A stretch of 64,000 bases of DNA, taken from NCBI GenBank assembly GCA_041685925.1, contig JAWLEW010000006.1:6172-70171 (forward strand), written 5' to 3'. The DNA is from Wenzhouxiangellaceae bacterium. Lineage in GTDB: Bacteria; Pseudomonadota; Gammaproteobacteria; Xanthomonadales; Wenzhouxiangellaceae. The notes beneath the pieces were generated by a model. It was not told the origin of the DNA and searched no databases. It saw nothing but the letters and a program-made list of their open reading frames with translations. Positions 9,482 through 16,938 of this stretch are shown piece after piece. Both the position numbers and the translations under genes were made by a program. How positions within the stretch are numbered: position 1 is the first letter of the stretch; every line of letters starts with the position of its first letter.

Positions 9482-10119
9482 GCCGGCATCCTGCGCGCTT
9501 CCAGCGCCGAAACGACAAACCAGGACAGCATGCCCTCGGCCACGCCGATGGCCAGGTGCGGCAGCACGATCACGGGCAGCGTGACCCGGGGCCCGAACGG
9601 AAAGAACAGCGGCTGACCGGCGGCGTCGCTGGCGAGCCACGGCTGCAGACCCAGTACCAGGGCCAGCAGCACCGCGGCGACCACGACGCCCAGCCAGACC
9701 GGGACAAGCACCGACCAGAACGATTTTTTCCGGCCGGCGAGGCGATGCGCGCCCGACACGACCGCGCCGCCGACCAGGCCCATTGCCAGCGCATTGACCG
9801 GAAGCGCGGTGATGCCGCCGGCGCCCAGCAGCGCCGCCTGCAGCGCAAGTACCAGGCTGAAGGCCAGGAACGCCGGCCACAGGCCGAATGCGAGCACCAG
9901 CAGGCCGACGCCGGTCAGGTGTGCCGAAGTCCCCCCGGGCAGCGGCACCATGACCGTCGACAGCACGAACGCCAGCGCAGTCAGTACCGCCATGCGCGGG
10001 ATCAGGCGCTCGTCGAGGTCACGCGCAACCCGTCGGACCGCATGGACCCAGAACGGGACCGCAATCAGCCCGGCGACGATGAACGCCTGCGGTGCGATCA
10101 TGCCGTCGGGAATATGCAC
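9478..10119 (-). CDS. nikM: Nickel/cobalt ECF substrate-capture component NikM/CbiM
   Basis: 213-aa membrane protein starting (GTG) M-H-I-P-D-G, the conserved Met1-His2 metal-binding N-terminus of the CbiM/NikM family. Confidence 0.9.
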   Translation of the reverse strand: MHIPDGMIAPQAFIVAGLIAVPFWVHAVRRVARDLDERLIPRMAVLTALAFVLSTVMVPLPGGTSAHLTGVGLLVLAFGLWPAFLAFSLVLALQAALLGAGGITALPVNALAMGLVGGAVVSGAHRLAGRKKSFWSVLVPVWLGVVVAAVLLALVLGLQPWLASDAAGQPLFFPFGPRVTLPVIVLPHLAIGVAEGMLSWFVVSALEARRMPA

Positions 10120-10145
10120 GGTTCGGTCGCCCTGCTCCAGCAGGA

Positions 10146-10655
10146 TCAGCGGCGCCGGCGCCAGAGGGCAAGCAGACCACCCAGGCCGAACAGGTAGCCG
10201 ACGCCCGCGGCGGTCGCCGAAAGCCGCCCCGTCCTCATCGCCGGTCCCGCCGACGGATCTGGATCGCGCGCCGGCCGCGCCGCGACTTCGTCCGCGTCGA
10301 CGACGACTTCCACCTCGGCCCCGTGTCCGTCTTCGGTCGCCATCAGCAACCGCCAGTTGCCCGGCGCATCGGGCATGAACAGCGCGCGTCCCCGGGCATC
10401 GGTACGGCCGCTGACGAACATGCGCTGTCGGTCAGGCGAGAAGACGCGAAAGCCGGCCCCGACCATGGCGCCGTCGTGGTGCGAGGAAAAATGCACGACC
10501 ACGGCTTCGCCGCGCTCGATCCGGTAATCAACGCCGTGTGCGTGCACGTTGACGGCCAGGCTCGAGAGCACCAACGAACAAAGCAGGAATGACGCCGCTC
10601 CGTCGGGCCCGAAGCCCGGGCGCCGAATCGGCCGGAAAGGAAAGCGAATATGCAT
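10146..10655 (-). CDS. Exported, C-terminally anchored accessory protein of the nickel transporter (NikK/NikL-position; transthyretin/CarboxypepD_reg-like)
   Basis: Start taken at MHIRFPF.. with a signal-like LLCSLVLSSLAVNVHA|HGVDY. Beta-rich body with a GRTDARGRALF motif and a C-terminal TM helix plus RRRR. First gene downstream of the NikR operator. Confidence 0.6.
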   Translation of the reverse strand: MHIRFPFRPIRRPGFGPDGAASFLLCSLVLSSLAVNVHAHGVDYRIERGEAVVVHFSSHHDGAMVGAGFRVFSPDRQRMFVSGRTDARGRALFMPDAPGNWRLLMATEDGHGAEVEVVVDADEVAARPARDPDPSAGPAMRTGRLSATAAGVGYLFGLGGLLALWRRRR

Positions 10656-10680
10656 CGGAGACCCCGCTGACGTGGCTGTG

Positions 10681-10708
10681 GTATGAAATATATCAGGATT
10701 GTTCATAC
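10681..10708. promoter_or_regulatory. NikR operator (GTATGA-N16-TCATAC)
   Basis: Perfect inverted hexamers GTATGA (10681-10686) and TCATAC (10703-10708), separated by exactly 16 nt. Located between nikR and the nik transporter genes. Identical in form to the E. coli nikA operator consensus. Confidence 0.8.
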
Positions 10709-10779
10709 CCGAAAATGCGCCAGGTCAAATCTCCGGCGCATCCGCCGGCGCGCAGCCCGTGGATTGCCGCATGCCGCGA

Positions 10780-11262
10780 TCAATCGTGAGGCGTGATGTG
10801 CTCGTGCCGCGCGCGCTGTCGCTGGCGATCGCCGCCGTGCCCGTGGCTTTCGCTTTCCACCGTCACCGGCACCAGGTGCAGGTCGCCGTGGCGCACCCCC
10901 CGGCGCGCGATGAACTGCTCGGCAAAACGCCGGATCCGACCCAGCGGACCGCGCAATACGCTGGTCTCCAGGCAATGATCGTGATCGAGGTGGACGTGCA
11001 GCGTGGCCACCGACAGGTCGTGATGTTCGTGCTGCGCGTCGGTCAGCTGGCCGGCCAGGTCGCGCTGGTGGTGGTCGTAGATATAGGTCAGGATGCCGAC
11101 GCAATGCCCATCCGGGTCCTCTTCGGCGCGCTGACGGGCCAGAAACCCCCTGAGCAGGTCGCGCACGGCCTCCGAGCGACTCTCGTATCCCAGGCGTTGC
11201 CGGTAGCGCTCGAACGCCTCGGCAAGTTCCTTGTCCAGCGAAACGGTGAAACGTTCGGTCAT
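10780..11262 (-). CDS. nikR: Nickel-responsive transcriptional regulator NikR
   Basis: Ribbon-helix-helix N-terminus (MTERFTVSLDKELAEAFE..NRSEAVRDLL). C-terminal nickel-site region HEHHDLSVATLHVHLDHDHCLE. Start chosen at the third in-frame ATG for its spacing from GGAAG; ATGs at 11268 and 11298 are alternatives. Confidence 0.9.
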   Translation of the reverse strand: MTERFTVSLDKELAEAFERYRQRLGYESRSEAVRDLLRGFLARQRAEEDPDGHCVGILTYIYDHHQRDLAGQLTDAQHEHHDLSVATLHVHLDHDHCLETSVLRGPLGRIRRFAEQFIARRGVRHGDLHLVPVTVESESHGHGGDRQRQRARHEHITPHD

Positions 11263-11414
11263 CGCCATGCTTCCGGGTTCGACTTCCGCATTATGCACGA
11301 CCCGACGCGCCCCGCGCCTTGCTGCCGGGGTTTGATGCAGGACAAAAACCGCGGGCCCTGGCGCAGCGACAATTACGCCTCGTCATTCCGGCTCCAACCA
11401 AGGTGCAGTTACCG

Positions 11415-12809
11415 ATGACACCGACAGACACCGGCCCGCCGCTTCGCGAAGGCACGCGGGCCGTCGCCCGGGCGCCTGCGGCAGCATCGAATCGCCCTCT
11501 TTTCCTGCGCCTGGCGCTGCCGCTTGTCGTCCTGCTGTCGACGCTGCAGGTCAACAATGCCCTCGCCCAGGCGGAGGATCGCCCCGCAGGCGAAGAAGCG
11601 GCGCCGATCACGCTGCATGTATTCAAGAGCGCGACCTGTCCGCACTGCAATGCCCAGCGTGAATTCACGAATGCGCTGGCGCGCGAGCACGAAGACGTCG
11701 AGGTGCGCTACTACGAAATCATGGAAACCCGCGAACACCACGACCTGCTTCGTGCAATGTCGCGCGCCCATGACGTCAAGCCCGGCTCGGTGCCCATGGT
11801 GTTCCTCGGCGGTTCGGTCTGGGTCGGGGACAGCCCGCAGATCCGCGCCGAGATCGAAAGCCAGCTCCAGCGCTGCCTGGACCAGGGCTGTCCCGATGCG
11901 CGCGAACGCTCCATCGCGCAGCAGTCGTCTGCGTCGTCGCCGGAGGCGGGCGATGCCACCATCGACATCCCGCTGCTCGGCAAAATGGATCTCAGCGTTC
12001 AGCCCTTGCTGTTGAGCACCGCCATCATCGCGTTCGTCGACGGCTTCAATCCGTGCTCGCTGTGGCTGCTCACCATCCTGATCGCGCTGGTCCTGCATTC
12101 CGGCTCGCGCCAGCGCGTGGTGATCGTCGGACTGGCGTTCCTGTTCACGACCGCGCTGATCTACGGCCTGTTCATCGTCGGCGTATTCAGCGTGCTTGCT
12201 TATGCCACGTACCTGCCGTGGATGTACTGGATCGTGGCGCTGTTCGCGCTGACCTTCGGCCTGGTCAACATCAAGGATTACTTCTGGTTCAAGCGCGGTT
12301 TTTCGTTCACGATCGACGACCGGCACAAGCCCGGCATCTATCAGAAATTCCGGGCCCTGATGACCGACGGCCGCTCACCGTTGGCGCTGGGCGCCGCAAC
12401 CATCGTGATGGCCTCGGGAATTGCCTTGATCGAACTGCCCTGCACGGCCGGCTTTCCGGTCATCTGGAGCGGCCTGGTCAGCGCCCAGGAAGTCGGTACC
12501 GCCGCGTTCTTCGGCCTGCTGGTCGCCTACCTGCTGATCTACCTGCTCGACGAACTGGTGATTTTCTTCATCGCCGTGGCCAAGCTCAGGATCGAGAAAT
12601 TCCAGGAAGGCCAGGCACGGGTACTGAAGCTGATCGGCGGCGTCGTGATGATTGCGCTCGCGATCGTGCTGGTGACCGAACCCGACATCATGAGCGAGGC
12701 CGGTCCGGCCATCGGGGTGTTTTTCGGCGCGTTCGCCGTGGCCGGCCTGATCGTGCTGGTGCATCGCAAGCTGCTGCCGCGAGTCGGCATCGCCGTCGGC
12801 GACGATTGA
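11415..12809 (+). CDS. Exported glutaredoxin/thioredoxin-fold domain fused to a DsbD/CcdA-like two-cysteine membrane domain
   Basis: Signal-like LFLRLALPLVVLLSTLQVNNALAQA. Thioredoxin-fold module with an active-site CPHC. Linker with C-LDQG-C. Multi-pass membrane domain with intramembrane DGFNPC and ELPCTAG motifs. Confidence 0.65.
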   Translation: MTPTDTGPPLREGTRAVARAPAAASNRPLFLRLALPLVVLLSTLQVNNALAQAEDRPAGEEAAPITLHVFKSATCPHCNAQREFTNALAREHEDVEVRYYEIMETREHHDLLRAMSRAHDVKPGSVPMVFLGGSVWVGDSPQIRAEIESQLQRCLDQGCPDARERSIAQQSSASSPEAGDATIDIPLLGKMDLSVQPLLLSTAIIAFVDGFNPCSLWLLTILIALVLHSGSRQRVVIVGLAFLFTTALIYGLFIVGVFSVLAYATYLPWMYWIVALFALTFGLVNIKDYFWFKRGFSFTIDDRHKPGIYQKFRALMTDGRSPLALGAATIVMASGIALIELPCTAGFPVIWSGLVSAQEVGTAAFFGLLVAYLLIYLLDELVIFFIAVAKLRIEKFQEGQARVLKLIGGVVMIALAIVLVTEPDIMSEAGPAIGVFFGAFAVAGLIVLVHRKLLPRVGIAVGDD

Positions 12810-12852
12810 CGTACATCGGCGTATTCAGCATTCACCGGGGCACCTGATGAAA

Positions 12853-12887
12853 ACGGGGCCGCGCGGGCCCCGTTTCCGGTTTCTTTT
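12853..12887. terminator. Bidirectional Rho-independent terminator between convergent genes
   Basis: Hairpin ACGGGGCC-gcgcg-GGCCCCGT, followed by a T-rich run on the + strand and TTTT on the - strand. Lies between the Trx-fusion stop and the hypB stop. Confidence 0.7.
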
Positions 12888-12901
12888 CGGAGGATGCTGC
12901 G

Positions 12902-13675
12902 TCAGGCGACGGTTGCGGCTTCGGCCCTGTGCGGGGAAGCGGAGGCCGGCAAATGCTCGGCCCGCTTCTGCTCCAGCCACTCGACCCATTCCCCGATTTC
13001 GACCTGGCGGCCGGCCCCGGCCTGCACCACCGGGGTTTCGTTGCCCAGTCCTTTGAGGGACGCCTTCGCACGCTCCACGCTGAAGTCGTCGAGCATGGGC
13101 AACAGGTCGCATTTGCTCACGACCACCAGGTCGGCGGCCCTGAACATTACCGGATACTTGGCCGGCTTGTCGTCGCCCTCGGTCGTCGACAGCAGCACCA
13201 CGTTCAGGTGCTGGCCGAGATCGAACGCGGCCGGGCAGACCAGGTTGCCCACGTTTTCGATGAACAGGACGTCCACGGGCTTGTCATCATGAATCAGCGG
13301 GAATTCATGCAGGGCCTGGTGGATCAGGTGGGCGTCCAGGTGGCAGGCGCTTCCGGTGGTGATCTGGTGAGCGCGGATGCCCCCGCGGCGCAGGCGCTCC
13401 GCGTCGTTCTCGGTCTCGAGGTCGCCCTCGATGACTGCAATATTCAAACGTCCATCGAGCGCCGCAGCCGTCTGTTCCAGCAATCGCGTCTTGCCGGCGC
13501 CGGGCGACGACATCAGGTTGACGACCAGTACGCCGGCGCGATCGAAATGCTCGCGATTGTGCCCGGCGGCATGATCGTTCGAACTCATCAACCCCTTGAG
13601 TACGTCCACCGTATGCGTGTCGGCGGGCTCGGGATGCGTATGATCTGGAATGGAACAACCGCAGGTTTCACACAT
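12902..13675 (-). CDS. hypB: Hydrogenase nickel-incorporation GTPase HypB
   Basis: Start at MCETCGC (CxxCGC high-affinity Ni motif), preceded by AAGGAG 9 nt upstream. P-loop SSPGAGKT. ENVGNLVCP metal/switch motif. Confidence 0.95.
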   Translation of the reverse strand: MCETCGCSIPDHTHPEPADTHTVDVLKGLMSSNDHAAGHNREHFDRAGVLVVNLMSSPGAGKTRLLEQTAAALDGRLNIAVIEGDLETENDAERLRRGGIRAHQITTGSACHLDAHLIHQALHEFPLIHDDKPVDVLFIENVGNLVCPAAFDLGQHLNVVLLSTTEGDDKPAKYPVMFRAADLVVVSKCDLLPMLDDFSVERAKASLKGLGNETPVVQAGAGRQVEIGEWVEWLEQKRAEHLPASASPHRAEAATVA

Positions 13676-14072
13676 GGGTTTCTTCTCCTTGGGCATTCGT
13701 CGATTTTCGGTTCGTGCCGGACTCGGGAATGCCGTGTAGCTCGATACTGGCAAGCAGCAGTTCGTCGCCGCTGCATACCGCCACATTGTAAGCGCCACAG
13801 GCCGCGCAAAGCATGCGATTGGCGGCCGCTTCGTTCTCATGGCCGCAGGCGCGGCATCGGATGCGAATCGCTGTCGTTTCAATCAACAGCTCGGCCTGCT
13901 CCGTGTAGTCTCCCCCCCGGGCAATCGTGAAGGCGTGGCGCAGCAGGTCCGGCTCCACGCCGGACAACGGTCCGACGCGAACGGTAATCCGCCCCACGCT
14001 TTCGGCGCCATGCTGCAGCGCGGTCGCCCGCACCTGGTTCATCAGCGCATTGCAAACGGCAAGTTCGTGCAT
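13668..14072 (-). CDS. hypA: Hydrogenase nickel-incorporation protein HypA
   Basis: N-terminal MHE (Ni-binding MHE motif) and zinc site CRAC..CAAC. 134 aa. Its 3' end overlaps the hypB start by 8 nt. Confidence 0.9.
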   Translation of the reverse strand: MHELAVCNALMNQVRATALQHGAESVGRITVRVGPLSGVEPDLLRHAFTIARGGDYTEQAELLIETTAIRIRCRACGHENEAAANRMLCAACGAYNVAVCSGDELLLASIELHGIPESGTNRKSTNAQGEETHV

Positions 14073-14234
14073 TTTCCGGATTCCGGATCGGGCTTTCGAA
14101 AGCGAGACTAGCAGTGGTGCACACCGGCAGACATGATTCAGATCAAACCCGGCATCGGCCTTGATTGACCTGCATCAAACGCATCGTCCTGCCCCGCCTT
14201 TACTATCGATTCTGTCGCTTCACGGGAGGAGTCG

Positions 14235-14759
14235 ATGCAAGCCACAGCAACAACCCAATCCGCCCATGCCGCCCGGCCCCGGGAAGGGACGCAGCCCTCC
14301 GGCACCCTGATCATCGGCATCGGCAACAATCTGCTTGGCGATGACGGCGCCGGCATACACGCCATCGAACGGCTGGGCGGGCAGAGCCTGCCGCCGCATG
14401 TCGAACTGGTCGACGGCGGCACGCTTTCGTTCACCCTGCTCGAAAAAGTCGAAGCCTCCGAGCGCCTGATCATCGTCGACGCCGCCGAACTCGAGGACGA
14501 GCCCGGCACGGTCCGGGTCTTCAGAAACGCCGAAATGGACGCGTACCTCTCCAACAGCGCGCGGCCCAGCGTTCACGAAGTCAACCTGCTCGACGTGCTC
14601 ACCGCGGCGCGCCTGCGCGGGCGCCTGCCACCGCGCTATGCGATGGTCGGCATCCAGCCGCGCGACGTCGGCTGGAGTTGCACACCCAGCGCGCCCGTCG
14701 ACAAGGCGGTCGACGAGGCCGTCGGAATCATCGTCGGCATGCTGGGAGAAGACGCATGA
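14235..14759 (+). CDS. [NiFe]-hydrogenase maturation endopeptidase (HyaD/HupD/HynD family)
   Basis: LIIGIGNNLLGDDGAG motif and a downstream conserved His (SVHEVNLLDVL). GGGAGGAG RBS 4-5 nt before the ATG. Confidence 0.9.
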   Translation: MQATATTQSAHAARPREGTQPSGTLIIGIGNNLLGDDGAGIHAIERLGGQSLPPHVELVDGGTLSFTLLEKVEASERLIIVDAAELEDEPGTVRVFRNAEMDAYLSNSARPSVHEVNLLDVLTAARLRGRLPPRYAMVGIQPRDVGWSCTPSAPVDKAVDEAVGIIVGMLGEDA

Positions 14760-15184
14760 CCCAGACCATCCCGCTGACGATCAAATCGGCGCCGGGCAAG
14801 GCCGCCACCATTGGCGGCGGGGTCCAGGCGATGGCCTACGAAATCCTTTCCCATCTCGAACAGCTTCATGAAACCGGGAAGACGGCGGCCATCGATCTCA
14901 AGAGCCTGCCCATGGCGCCGGACGAGTTCCACGGCATCAAGAAGATGCTGGGCCAGGGAGAGCTGGACCTGACCGTGGACATGGACGGCCCCACCCGGAT
15001 CCGGGAAACCGCCTTTGCCGGCGTCTGGTGGGTCCAGCACAAGGGCGAGAACGACAGGATCCTGGCCGAATATATCGAGATCGCCCGTTTCCCCGATTTC
15101 CTGAGCGCCCAACCCGATCATATCGCCGAATCAGTCCGGCACCTGCGAGACCGATTGGAAGAACAATCGCAAGGAGCAGCATAA
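14756..15184 (+). CDS. HupH/HyaF-type hydrogenase expression/formation protein (C-terminal-domain type)
   Basis: 142 aa. LGQGELDL..ETAFAGVWWV..IEIARFP pattern typical of the HupH_C family. Its ATG overlaps the protease stop (ATGA). Confidence 0.6.
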   Translation: MTQTIPLTIKSAPGKAATIGGGVQAMAYEILSHLEQLHETGKTAAIDLKSLPMAPDEFHGIKKMLGQGELDLTVDMDGPTRIRETAFAGVWWVQHKGENDRILAEYIEIARFPDFLSAQPDHIAESVRHLRDRLEEQSQGAA

Positions 15185-16273
15185 ATGAGCATCGATAACC
15201 GCAAGGAAAGACCGACCATCGGTCAGATCATGGACCAGAACGGCGTCGGACGCCGTCGCTTTCTGAAATACTGCGCCGGCATCACGGCGTTGATGGCGAT
15301 GCCGCCCGGCATGACGGCCGCCTTTGCCCAGCAACTGCGGGCGGCGCGTCGACCGACGATCATTTACATGCCCTTTCAGGAATGCACCGGCTGTCTCGAG
15401 TCGCTGACCCGCTCGTTTGCACCTTCGCTGGAAAGCCTGATGTTCGAGACCATTTCGCTCGACTACAACCACACGCTGCAGGCTGCCGCCGGCGACGCGG
15501 CCGAGGAAGCCCGCCACGAAGCGATGGAAGAAGCCTGGGGCGAATACATCCTGATCTGCGACGGTTCGATTCCGACCAAGATGGACGGTATTTACGGCAC
15601 CAGCGCCGGTCACTCCTTTACCGACCAGTTGCATGAAGCCGCCGAGGGCGCGGCCGCCATCGTGGCCGTCGGCGTCTGCGCGTCCTATGGTGGCGTCGGT
15701 GCAGCCTACCCCAACCCGACGGGCGCAGTCGGCGTGTCCGAGATCATCAAGGACAAGCCGATCATCAACGTGCCGGGCTGCCCGCCGATTCCCGAAGTCA
15801 TGACCGGCACCCTGGTCAGTTTCCTGGCCTCCGGCGTGCCCGACCTGGACAAGCATCTGCGGCCCAAGGCCTTTTTCGGCAACACCATCCACGACCGCTG
15901 CTACCGGCGCCGTTTCTACGACCGCGGCCTGTTCGCCGAAGCGTTCGACGACGAAGGCGCGCGCAACGGCTGGTGCCTGTACAAGCTCGGATGCCGCGGC
16001 CCGACCACCTACAACGCCTGCGCCACCATCAAGTGGAATGGGGGTACTTCGTGGCCGGTGGAGGCCGGGCACGGCTGCCTGGGCTGCTCCGAGCCCGAGT
16101 TCTGGGATAAGGGCGGATTCTATGAGCCGGTCACCGCCAAGCTGTTCGACGATACCGGCCAGATCGCAGCCGGCGCCGCCGCCGGCGTGGCGGTGGGCGC
16201 GGCAGCCGCGGTGGCTGCCAACCGGCGCAAGAAAAAACTTTCCGGCGAGACCGACAAGGAGACATCATCATGA
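15185..16273 (+). CDS. hynS: [NiFe] hydrogenase small subunit (Isp-type, HynS/HydS-like)
   Basis: Tat signal GRRRFLKYCAG..AFA. Fe-S ligand motifs ECTGCLES, GxCxxxGG, GCPP and HxxC..CxxxGC. Hydrophobic C-terminal tail. Confidence 0.95.
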   Translation: MSIDNRKERPTIGQIMDQNGVGRRRFLKYCAGITALMAMPPGMTAAFAQQLRAARRPTIIYMPFQECTGCLESLTRSFAPSLESLMFETISLDYNHTLQAAAGDAAEEARHEAMEEAWGEYILICDGSIPTKMDGIYGTSAGHSFTDQLHEAAEGAAAIVAVGVCASYGGVGAAYPNPTGAVGVSEIIKDKPIINVPGCPPIPEVMTGTLVSFLASGVPDLDKHLRPKAFFGNTIHDRCYRRRFYDRGLFAEAFDDEGARNGWCLYKLGCRGPTTYNACATIKWNGGTSWPVEAGHGCLGCSEPEFWDKGGFYEPVTAKLFDDTGQIAAGAAAGVAVGAAAAVAANRRKKKLSGETDKETSS

Positions 16274-16938
16274 CACTCGACGAATTTTCCCGCGGGCCCA
16301 TGCTGCACTTCGCGCTGATCGTATTCGTCTTCGGGGTGCTGTGGCGACTCATCGCGACCTTCACGCTGGGCTGGCGCGAGCGCAAGAGCGAATGGCGCAC
16401 CACGTCCGGCAAGTCGGCCATAAAAGGCGCCATCGCGGTCGGCAACCGCTCCTGGCCGCATCCGGAGTTCCTCGAACGCACGGCATTCGGCGAGGCGGTC
16501 GGCTACGGCTACCACATCGGCCTGTTCGCCATCGTCCTGCTCGGGGCGCCGCACGTGATCTTCTGGAAGAACCTGTTCGGGATCAGCGCGACCTGGTGGC
16601 CGACGATTCCCAGCGGCATTATTCACGTCATTTCCGTGGTCACCATCTTCCTGCTCGTGATCGCGACCATCCGGCGATACATGCACCCGCCGCTGCGGCG
16701 GATCTCGAATTTCGACGACTGGTTCACGCTGGTCATTCTTTTTGCGCTGATGATTAGCGGCGTCCTTTCCGTATACGGCCTCGGTGGACGTCAGGAATTC
16801 ATCCAGGCAGTACACATCATCACATTCAACGTACTGCTGATCTGGTTCCCGTTCAGCAAGCTGATGCACGCTTTCTACATTCTTCCCGCCCGCTTCTTCA
16901 TCGGGTATACGCATGCGAAAAAGGGAGCATCCACATGA
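16270..16938 (+). CDS. isp1: Isp1: membrane di-heme b-type subunit (NarI/DsrM/HdrE-like)
   Basis: 222-aa protein with about 5 TM helices and conserved His residues, inserted between the small- and large-subunit genes. ATGA overlaps at both ends. Confidence 0.8.
   Translation: MTLDEFSRGPMLHFALIVFVFGVLWRLIATFTLGWRERKSEWRTTSGKSAIKGAIAVGNRSWPHPEFLERTAFGEAVGYGYHIGLFAIVLLGAPHVIFWKNLFGISATWWPTIPSGIIHVISVVTIFLLVIATIRRYMHPPLRRISNFDDWFTLVILFALMISGVLSVYGLGGRQEFIQAVHIITFNVLLIWFPFSKLMHAFYILPARFFIGYTHAKKGAST

Noticed and set aside
10704-10706. ATG at 10706 as the start of the first nik transporter gene (the longest ORF).
   Set aside because: The ATG is part of the GTATGA half-site of the NikR operator. 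The first 17 residues are not signal-like, whereas the next ATG (10655) starts a plausible signal peptide downstream of the operator.
14115-14129. Sigma-54-like element TGGTGCACACCGGCA in the hyp/hyn intergenic region.
   Set aside because: The GG and GC dinucleotides are spaced one nt short of the TGGCAC-N5-TTGC geometry, the -12 region lacks TTGC, and no enhancer-binding-protein gene is nearby.
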